Source: Tubulanus polymorphus
Taxonomy: Eukaryota > Animalia > Nemertea
Reading direction: 5' to 3'
Assembly (NCBI RefSeq): GCF_964204645.1
Contig: NC_134035.1
Location: forward strand, 9,952,451-10,016,450
Length of the DNA stretch: 64,000 bases
This document shows positions 44,633 to 54,877 of this stretch, piece after piece. The stretch's first letter is position 1. Every line of letters starts with the position of its first letter. Below the pieces are notes generated by a model. That model searched no databases. It was not told where the DNA came from and worked only from the letters and a program-made list of their open reading frames with translations. Position numbers and translations under genes: made by a program.

Positions 44633-44902
44633 GGTGGTTTACTTGTAAACAACAACACTACCGTTCATTAACGCCCAAAGTATGAGTCAGATTCAAGCTT
44701 CTGCTGACTAAAAGTATAGCTTACACTATCGGTATATATCTGCCGAGGTAGTTGAGACCCAGTTGGTATCACAGTTCGTTTTATAATGATTAATATCGCC
44801 CAGATATCAGCACTTTTTGGCAATTCCTGCTCGCTCGATCACAGAAGCGCTTCTCTCAGCAAAAACCTTTGTGCATAATTTATTTACATGAGCCATACGC
44901 CC

Positions 44903-44973
44903 TGACGTCACGATGATAGCGTCATATCGCACCAATCAACGCTGCCGGCACGATCGCCGTGTTCCAAATATGG
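44903..44973 (-). promoter_or_regulatory. BTG proximal promoter: CRE (TGACGTCA 44903-44910), CCAAT (44932-44936) and CArG box (CCAAATATGG 44964-44973)
   Basis: Three perfect consensus sites within 71 bp, 270-340 bp upstream of the BTG ATG. Confidence 0.65.
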
Positions 44974-46050
44974 GTGATTCGCCATTGTGTCTTTCTTCGG
45001 AATTAACTGCGGTACTAGAAACGAGTGCACAATGGATCATGATGTACCCGATGAATCAAATTATTCGATATGATTTAACATATTTTCTTGCTTTCAAACC
45101 TAACCTCAATCCGTATGATAAAAATATTGAATTTTCGATCTGAAATACCATATTTTCTACGCAGATTGGTTTTTCCTTTTAAATGTTGTCTACGCTAGAT
45201 GCGTTGGTACATCATGCTTGTTATTGTGTGGGTTTCCCTAGCAGTGACGTCAAGCCATTTCCCCTACCGTCCTCCATCAATGGTTCCAGAAATAACTGTA
45301 GGCCACACAGAGAGCAATTATACTAGAGCGTGTGTATCAAAGCAGGTGTGCCCTATATCATCCTCTGAGAGATGGCCATACTCATGGCATACTGTAGAAA
45401 AAGAGGAAATATTGTCGCACATTAGTATATTCAGAAAAGTATATTCATCACACTTCCCTGGTATATTGTATCGTCGTGTACAGCGACAGATATTTTCGAA
45501 TGGAAATTTACAAGTCGTTGAGATCAGGCATTCATTATGCATACATGTAGTTTATTTATTCTAGAACACACGGCATAGTCATGTGCGCATAGGAACATGA
45601 GCTGAGGGTTTTTTTCTTATCGTGACAATGATAATTTATTACGTGTACTTGATCTCGTCGAGGCACTTGAAATTTTGTTGACATCGTTATCGTAATATAA
45701 TTAAAACTTGAATATCGGAGTTCAGGTCGCTGCTTGTTCCAGAAAAACAAACTGATAACGCACAAAGCGCAGACATTTCGCAATATATGTATATATTTAT
45801 TTATAAGTTTACCGTACTCAGTTTACACTTGGTTGATTCACATGTAAACACTTACTTAGAACATAACTACACAAACACCTCAGAATAAAGCGATCGAACC
45901 TAATTCGACCTTTAATTAAATACTCTCGGGAATAATGGAGTGAAAATAGTTTCCACTTTTGACACGTATACAAAGAAATTTGGTCTTTAAGTATAGTTTG
46001 AACAATATACGATAAAATAATCTTAGATGAACTTGTAACATCCATACGGT

Positions 46051-46309
46051 TAATAAGATAAAATCCCACTATTTACAGATTAAAAGAATTTAAAAACCAG
46101 AATTTATTTATTCAATCAAAAATATATAAGAGACACGACGTTTCGATCACACCTGACGATGATCTCTAGGGTGAGATCGAAACGTCGTGTCTGTTATATA
46201 TTTTTGATTGAATAAATAAATTCTGGTTTTTAAATTCTTTTAATCTGTTAATAGTGGGATTTTATCTTATTATCCGTTCACCATGTTTGAGTGTGGTTAT
46301 CGTTCTACA
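46051..46309 (+). mobile_element. Penelope-like element remnant (inverted pLTR palindrome plus tail) with an 8-bp TSD CATACGGT
   Basis: Near-perfect inverted arms of ~100 bp. Unpaired tail ending ..TTTGAGTGTGGTTATCGTT. TSD at 46043-46050 and 46310-46317. Hammerhead core at the centre. Confidence 0.75.
46149..46190 (+). ncRNA. Minimal type I hammerhead ribozyme motif
   Basis: ACAC-CTGACGA-T-GATCTC(TAGGGT)GAGATC-GAAA-CG-TC-GTGT: stem I, core, 6-bp stem II, GAAA, palindromic ACGT stem III and a GUC cleavage triplet. Confidence 0.75.
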
Positions 46310-47634
46310 CATACGGTACTTGTAGTATTTCTTCGCACCTGCAGGTTTGTACATGTTTTTCATACTTGAGCGCTGAACTAGAAATGTATTGTCTCACAGT
46401 CGCGCTATCGTAGATTTTTAACGAAACGAACTCCCGTATCTAAACGAATGGCTTATTGCTATTCCTGGATGGTATTAATAGATGATAAAATACTTGTGAT
46501 TATGAATATGATGTAGACGAGTGAGTCGATGATGATTGCGATATAAAACCAGGCAACCGGTGTTAAGTGCCTCGCGTCTAACTCTCGATCCGATACTTTT
46601 CTTTTTTCCATAATATCTTTAAGGTAATCATTAATTTTCCCTCCGGTTATTTTCCCTACAGTCAATTTCCCTCAAGTCATTATCCAACTGATCGTTTTCC
46701 CTCCTAAAATGATCGTTTTCCCTCCAAAAAAATATAATGTAATAAAAAGAAGCGACTTTTGTAGAACGTTCACTTTTCTAAACTTGACAGAAGAACGAAT
46801 AGTTTACGAGTCCAATATAGATAAATTCTATGCATATAACAAATGACAGTGATTCCATCTGCAAGCCCTCGCTATGTCGTTTTTAGTCTGCAGAACATGT
46901 GATTTCTGCGACCAAAAACCTAAGAGCAGAGCCGTTTAAAACAACTAATGAGTAATGGATTTTGTCACCGTCTATCTAGTTTATACGTCCATGGTCTAAC
47001 TAAGTAGGCTGTTAGTAGTTGAATAAAACACTCTGATCCGTGTCAACTGAAGACGTTCCGCAATAGAATTTTATGATAAATTCTATTAAAACGAAATAAC
47101 TTTTCACCGTGGGCCTACACAGGGCCTACATATTACAAGTTTACCGCAATAAGTTTAAACCTGTGGTTTCGTTTTGATAAATTCTAAAATATGAAATTCT
47201 ACTGTGGGACTTCTTCATCCATCTAAGTCGGCTATGCATTCTTAAAATAGAATGATACGATATTCCATATAAACCCGTTTTCATACGCACCCATATTATA
47301 ATCAGTAGGCCATATGTTTCAATCATTTTATTCTAAAACTGACCAATAATACCGTTTGTGATGCCGCATATACTAGCCACGATACGTATGATATGACACA
47401 AGGGACTATTATATACAAAGTGCAGAAACCATGGCGCTTTAAAACGCATTCTTGTAGTACATTCGTGGACAAAAAACTGCCACAAAGACTAGTCGCTAGG
47501 GGATCAATCACATACTGCAGCGCAACATACGTATACGTAGGAGCGTTTTACGACGTACAAGGCGTAGCGCACACGTGATCTCGGAACTATCATTCTAGTT
47601 CTTCCATTACCGCAATTAGTAGAATATCACCACT

Positions 47635-49390
47635 ATGGATGTAATGGCTTTGACACTGCTTGTTCTGGTAGCATCGTGTTTACTCGGTAAGTTTACCAAC
47701 CGATCATATTATCATCGATTAAAATTGATTTTAAGCACTGATCCTCGTCCTTCATTTAACCGTTCATTACGTTGAGTCCCCTTGGACCGGATTCCAATAT
47801 CTGGGAAGGTTATTTATCATACGTGGAATTTTTGGAGTATCGATTCTAAACGGGTATTTGTGGATATACGTATCGATCATTTTGTGTCCGCTGTCTCGCG
47901 CTGTCTGGTAGATACCAACAACACGATGTCTCTGGACTGCAAAATGGTTGCAATACACTCTCCTCTCGTTTATCGATCGCAGTTTCCGTGATATCCATAT
48001 TCCGAAGTTTCCGTGCAAATAAAAACGTATTACTATTTTTGGAATGCCAACTTGTCTACAAATTGTTGGTGATTTTCTTTCGGATAAAAATGTTTGCAAG
48101 GCACGTCATATTGCACTACGGAGCCCCGGGATATGAACACATAATCCCCAAGCATTCATGCACGTAATGAATTTGAATAAGCTAAACATTCGTTCAAAAG
48201 CGCGATCGAAATTTTCATATTCTATTTTGTTCATTCATTTTCCTGCATGAATTACGCCATTCATCCACCATCTAAACTGATACACACATTAATGTTTTAC
48301 ATTCGTGTTAACTAATTCAGTATTTGTATAATGATAGAAACTCTATCGTCAAACTTTTATGCCGAAATTACATAACAATATTTAGAACAAAGATGAGACG
48401 GTTAACCGTATACGAAGATGATAGTATGGGTGTTAGCACGGATAGCATATAGCTCAAAGAGTTCTTTCTACTATCCTGGAATAGTATCAGTAGAGTTATA
48501 AATGAACAGACTCACGTGCTGAAGGATGTTACATGAATTACTTAAAAAATCTGACGCATTTGAAAATGGATTACCGCGTACATTTCTCGGAATGAATTTC
48601 TTCCGCTCTTCTCTGTAGAAAAGGCAGCTTAAAAATACGTGAAATTCGTCTTTTCGTTTACATTCATGTTACAATAACTGGCAAAATCTATCATTTGCGG
48701 AATTGTGGAGGGGGCTGGGGGCGTGTTTTGTTTCGACAGAAAAGGTATGACTTGAACATCCAAATCAGCACATGAAATCATCATATCATACTTTTATACA
48801 TAAAAGATACCATACCTATTCAGTTTTTATTTCTTTTTAGAACATCATACGATATATTAAGTAATTGGAGCTATATTTCAACGGACAAATATATCATTTC
48901 ACAATTTTCTTTTCACAGGAACATCGCGGGCATTTGAGTGTTACTCGTGTTCGTCTGAAACTGATTCTAAATGCGGCAACGTAGTTGGAGTGCTGATGTC
49001 AAAAAAGGAAACATGCGGAAATCTTGTTAACACTTGCGAGGTGAGACCTAAGCACTAGGCTTTTTTTCTAGATAAGTACCGCTTTTCAAATTGCAATAAC
49101 CTCACGAAGGAATTTTCGTGTGTGTGTGTGTGTACTCATAGGTTTTCAAATGGAAAAATCCCGCTGGAACTGAGATCATCGAAAGAAGATGCAGCGCGAT
49201 CGCCATAGGTATTAACCAAGGCACGTGTGAAGCCGGTTTGCTGATGGAGAAAGCTAAACGCAGCAGTTCATGGGTGAGCGGTGCTTGCTGCTCGAGCAGT
49301 AGTCTCTGTAACAGCGCCAGATCGCTCGCATTCTCCTCGTCCGCGTTTCTCATAACTGCTGTTCTTATGGCAAAACTAAGCCTTTTCTAA
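47635..49390 (+). CDS. Ly6/uPAR three-finger protein A, GPI-anchored, 140 aa
   Basis: Exons 47635-47686, 48919-49040, 49142-49390. Signal peptide, FECYSC start, 10 Cys, CCSSSLCN end and a hydrophobic GPI tail. Confidence 0.9.
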
Positions 49391-50749
49391 TTTTGATAAG
49401 TTTGGCTCAATTCGTGACCTAGGATTTAGTTTTTTGGTAACGGATACACATGTTCATTGTAAACATATGCTATCAACCATATAGTTAAACGATTAACATT
49501 CATATAATACATATTATAAGCAAAACCATATATTGATGTTGCGATTGTTTCGGCTTCGAAACACAAACGCCACTTATTAAGCACCAGCTATCAATGCGCG
49601 AATTCCTTATGATGAAACTTCCAACTCATTTTCTTAGGTTGCTATTGATATCGCGTCGATCTCGTTCAGTGAAGGCGAACAGACCGCGCGGGATATAAAA
49701 ATACGGATAAACAAATCATTAACTAATATCTTAGTCGTCTCTTTCCCCCTCTTTCTTGAGTCCGAATCAAGTCCAATCTTTTCTGATTTTTTTTTTCTTT
49801 GCCATATGACATCTACGATGTATTAGGAACATTTCCGTTATGAATAAATTCAAATTGTATATTATCCAGCCAACCTATTTTTAAGTACAGGATGCGCTAC
49901 AAAAATCGATGTAAAACAATAATTATCGTTGCAATAATCGCGGTCATCGCCGCTATTCGTGCCGACACTATTAGCCAATCGGGAGCGAGGTTTTCCATAT
50001 TGCAAAAATCCTCGTCGCAACAGTAGATGCATTCCGATGGCGTCGTTTTGCAAATGCGAACGTCATTTAACCCCGCGAGTGCTTTACAATAAGCCGAAGC
50101 AACGCAACCCTACAAAATAAGATTATCATATAAATCGGCGTTCATCTCGTTGGTAACGGACTATTCCAGATACTGAAAATAAATGTGTTATCAAAAATAC
50201 CCTTTTATGTATTTTTGAAGTTACGCGTATGTATCTTTTTTCTAAACGTTCATTCTTGTTTTTCAAATTAACCGAAGACTTGTTGGACGATTTATAATCT
50301 GTAAATATGTATTTCGCGTGACTCCGTGTTAAAAATGTTGTATAACACGACTGATGCGTTGTAGCGAGTGACTTTTCAATTCTTTTCGTTTATGTTTGTA
50401 AACTATAAATAAAATTTCTATTGGATAGGTAAATGTGTTCATAACGTTCATTTTTGATTCGGTTGTTTTATCGATAGGTCGGGAAAATCAGGGAAACTTC
50501 TCAGCGAGAAAATTTGAGTTACATGGATTTTGAACTGGATCCTGCAGATCAAATTGAGGAATTGATTTTGAGATGCTTTAAAGGTATCGTAGATAGAATT
50601 GAAACTGTCTCACAGTCGCGCTTACTTCTAGCGAGACGTGTGAGCTACGAATGGCGATTTTCATATTCACATCTATTCAACAGGCTTATGACAATGCCGA
50701 GAAAAGGTAAGGCAGAGGACAAGAGGAACGGTAAACCAAGTGAATCGTA

Positions 50750-51040
50750 AGATCATAATCCACAATCTACAAATTAGAAGAATTTAAAAATAAGAAATTC
50801 ATTTATTCGAACAATCTAAAATATATAAAATACACGATGTTTCGATCTTACCCTATAGATCATCGTCAGGTGTCAGGTGTGATGCTGACGATCTCTATAG
50901 GGTGAGATCGAAACGTCGTGTATTTTATATATTTTAGATTGTTCGAATGAATAAATTTCTAGTTTTTAAATACTTTTAATTTGTAGATAGTGGGTTTTTA
51001 TCTTACCATCCGTTCCTCACGTTTGAGTGTGGTTATCGTT
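50750..51040 (+). mobile_element. Second Penelope-like inverted-repeat remnant with a 13-bp TSD CAAGTGAATCGTA
   Basis: Same architecture and tail as 46051-46309. TSD at 50737-50749 and 51041-51053. Confidence 0.75.
50832..50873 (-). ncRNA. Minimal type I hammerhead ribozyme motif; a damaged mirror copy lies on the + strand at 50885-50921
   Basis: Minus strand reads ACAC-CTGACGA-T-GATCT(ATAGGGTA)AGATC-GAAA-CA-TC-GTGT. Confidence 0.6.
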
Positions 51041-51218
51041 CAAGTGAATCGTATTTCAGTTCATGCTCAAAGACTTTGCGACAGCTCACGGGCAAAAATC
51101 GTCGCAAACAAAGACGCGTCAACGAAAGGATCAGGCCACATGTTGCTGCGCAACAAAGGCAGGCGGAGCTCGCGGATGATCTTGATCTTTTAGTTGAAAT
51201 ACTACCATTATCGATATC

Positions 51219-52489
51219 ATGTTTTTGACACTGATTGTTATAATAGCATCGTGTATACTCGGTAAGTTTATCATCGCCCAGCCCTTCGCACTATCTCTTT
51301 GAGTTTGATTAAATCTCATTTGAAAGGGGTGGTTTATGCACAGTATGCGCACAGTTGCTGAAACGTTTGTAAATTTTCGAACGTTGTTCAAAAGATAACG
51401 AACTTCAAAGTATAGAGAAGCCTAAATTTGTACTTAAGTGGCCAAAGTTTTGTATGTCGCTTTCGTGTCGCGTTATTGTATATTTGTGAAATACATTTTG
51501 CATATATAACTAAAAACTAAAAACTAGAGATTTATTCTATATGGTTAGAAGTTGTCAAAATCCATCTCAGGACCAGTGAAATATAAAACATGCATCGCAA
51601 ATAGTTTTTAGTAAAGGGAAAAACGATCAAACAGTACCCCAACAAAATGGCGGCTTCATTCATATTTTTCTTATTTTCATAGGACCGTCGCAGGCACTGC
51701 AATGTTATACATGTTCATCTGAGATTGATCCCAATTGTGGCAAGCCGAATGCAGTGCTGATGGCACATAAAACAGACTGCGAGAAGACAGTTGAAACATG
51801 CGAGGTGAGCAAGCATCAAAATAACAGAGTAGTTGTGTAGACGCCATCCTAGCAAAAACTCCAACATCGCATTTTAACAACGTACTCGCAATCTTACAAC
51901 AAACTCGCAATCTTACGACCAGCTCCCAATCTTAAAACCAACGTTGGATTTCTTACAACCAACTCGCAATCTTACAACCAAACGCGTATCGTTGATTTTA
52001 CGACAATTTGTAGGTCAGCGCCACGTGGTGCACGATGACGGCATACTAAAAGAACTACAGCGCCACCTGGTGTACGATGATGGCATACTGTAAGAAATAC
52101 AACGCTGGTTGTAAGATTGCGAGATGGTTGTATGAGATTGCGATTACGTTGTTAAAATGCGATGTAGAGTATTTGCTAGGATGGCGTTCCATACGCGCCC
52201 ATTGCTTTCTAGAAAGACTTTCTTACCGATCGTTGATTCCCTATAGATGTTCAAATGGAAAAACGACGCTGGAACTGAGATCACAGAAAGGAAGTGTACT
52301 GCTGTGGCCACGGGTACGACCAAAAAGGCGTGTGAAACCAGTTTATCGCTGGCAAAAATTGAGCATGGCAGTCAATGGGTCAGCGGTTCTTGTTGTTCGG
52401 GAAAGAGTCTTTGTAACAGCGCTACGTCGCTTAAACTCCCCACGTCCATCTTCATTTTAATGGCAACACTAACCCTTTTTATGTCTTAG
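51219..52489 (+). CDS. Ly6/uPAR three-finger protein B, GPI-anchored, 135 aa
   Basis: Exons 51219-51261, 51683-51804, 52247-52489. LQCYTC start, 10 Cys, CCSGKSLCN end and a hydrophobic tail. Same intron phases as paralog A. Confidence 0.9.
51841..52187. mobile_element. Foldback/MITE with long TIRs and internal ~18-bp tandem subrepeats
   Basis: Ends ACGCCATCCTAGCAAA...TTTGCTAGGATGGCGT. Subrepeat ACTCGCAATCTTACAACC and its complement. Absent from the matching intron of paralog A. Confidence 0.75.
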
Positions 52490-54616
52490 AATAACGTATA
52501 TACCGGTACTCATTTTAACAACAGAGTCTGTAACACGACAAATATGTTTATTAAGTTAGTTATATCTCAAAAGCAACGATTTACATAATATGCAGAGGGT
52601 AATTTTCTTCAGATACTGTATTACATGCAAATGTAATGTTGGTGCTTTTTTCATTAGGGATATTAATTTTCTATTATAGAATATTCATACTTTTTCAAAA
52701 CTGATTGACTATCTGCAAATTTCATACATTCCTCTCATAACTCATCACTTTCATGCCAGGGCCATGTTTTATGGTTACGAGTTTTTAACTTCTCCTGGTA
52801 TCCATCGACTTATATTACATTACCATATTATCATCTGTAATTTTCTAATGTAATTTAATTCGTAAATACAGAATGATAATAATAAATGATGATAATATAA
52901 TAATCAACCTATTACGTTACGTTACGTTACGTTGTATAATCAGTGCTTTCAATGGGTGAAAAGGGTTTCAGTTGTTTTTTTGTTGAGAGCTTTGTTATTT
53001 ATAAATGTCTATTAAAGAAGTTCATGTATAGTATGTGTTTGAATTATATCGATGTTTGATAACCAGATAGCGGATCTTCTAATGTCTATCGTCTTTAACA
53101 CGTGTGATCTGTTCATCCCATGATCCTATATCATACGTACCTTTTCAAAACGAATTCCGTAGACTGGCGAACGGGAAATCGAAGTGTAACATCCATGATC
53201 GGAACTGTTACAGGAAACCGTCCAGCTCTCGTTGTTGCAACGTTCGTTCGTAAGGCCAGATTTACAGAAATAGCACCGCAAACAGTTAACACCTGAAAAG
53301 TTTATGATCTAAAAATGTGAAATTTTTTTTCACGCGGTATTCAGATGAATCCATCTATCGCAAAATCTATCTACCTGTTACGAGAAAGACGATCAGTATT
53401 GTACCGTACATCATAGAATTCATCTTGTCTCGCGAGTAATGGCATTCATGAAAACATTTCAGTTCGGGCATTTACCAGTTTGTTGAAACTGTGCGTTTGA
53501 TATTGTTTAATGTAGACATTTCATATTAATATTGACGCAATGCGCTTTATACGCGGCATTTTATTATAGGCTATAGTCAGCCAGCCAACCTTAAAATAGA
53601 AATTTCATATAATACTATATCACGAACAGATTACGGCGATTTTTCGGTATTTCTTCTCTGTATAAGCAGCGCCTATGTTTTTAAGAAAAGCTTTATCCGC
53701 AGAAAAGCCGGCTGTTACACTATTAAGAGCGAACACTGACACAATCACTGCATTGTCAGTGAAAAAAAATCCATTCCAATATTGCATATGCGTTATAATG
53801 CACAGTGTGAATGAAGTTCCAAGATTTTCCTAAGTAGCAGATTGAGAGAAATTACCTCGCACCTCATTGATTGCTGATGACGTTAATGTGTGTCTGTTGT
53901 ATTCTAGAAATTCGCATTTCGATTCAGTCCTCCCAAATACGAACAATTCAATGAATCCGATTCTTGAAAGGCAGCTGTATTGTGAGATTTTGGTGCAAGA
54001 TATGTCGAACAAAACGCCTGTTTTAGAGATTAAGCAATTTTATTTGCAACTGAATTCACATTTTTTTTTACGATATTACATAAGTATCTCGTCAATTATA
54101 CTACTCAATCGTTATGCTTTTACACCACACGATTGAGTAAAATGATTGTGCAACGGTAATTTCGTAAAATAGGAAAAATCTGAGACAAAAAATCTGTTCA
54201 TTTTTCTTTCAATAACGATAATAATATAACTCTTTGAACATTCGCGGTTCTCAAAGAATACAGAAATTCGAAACTTGCTGATGACATGGCCGGCACTTGA
54301 ACAAGGATTCCTTAATGGTTTTGTGGTTTTTCTCAATTCTCGGTCATAAGTTTGAAAGTATAGAAGCACGTTCTCCGGTTGAATATATAATTATATACAA
54401 ATACACTACTAACAGTCGTCAAATTTCCGCATTTTCTGTTGTGCATTTCCTGCAAAGTAGAATACGTACATCGTATAAAGAAAAGGACTTTCCGATTTAA
54501 ACGATATATTTCTACAGTAGACTCCTTCTCGCTATAGGGCCACCGCCAACCCCGAAAACCATCTCAATTCGGTGAATCAGAAACGAATAAAATTTTTAGA
54601 ATTACTTTCGAAAATA

Positions 54617-54790
54617 CTGCGGAATCTCGTTACAGCGCACTTGACAGGACCAGAAGTTATGTTCGTTATAACCGATAGTTCATTATATCCAGTATGAAAT
54701 TAATCAAATCGTCTTACTTTGGACGAAATTCTATATTATTTGTATCCGATGAATCGTTGTATCTGAGTTCGTTATAACGAGGTTCTACTG
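54617..54790. mobile_element. pogo/Tigger-like MITE with TA flanks
   Basis: Right end GTTATAACGAGGTTCTACTG|TA; degenerate left end TA|CTGCGGAATCTCGTTAC. Confidence 0.5.
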
Positions 54791-54877
54791 TATTTCAGTC
54801 ACCAGTAAGTTTTGAGAATGCGTTAGTTGAGGATTGAGACGGCATTTAATAGACGATGCATAAAATGAACTTACAGT

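Noticed and set aside
45199-45564. 121-aa ORF with a signal-peptide-like start, divergent from BTG
   Set aside because: No family motif, splice support or paralog in the window. It cannot be distinguished from a chance ORF without RNA data.
51880-51980. CRISPR-like short repeats
   Set aside because: Tandem subrepeats without unique spacers, inside a eukaryotic foldback element.
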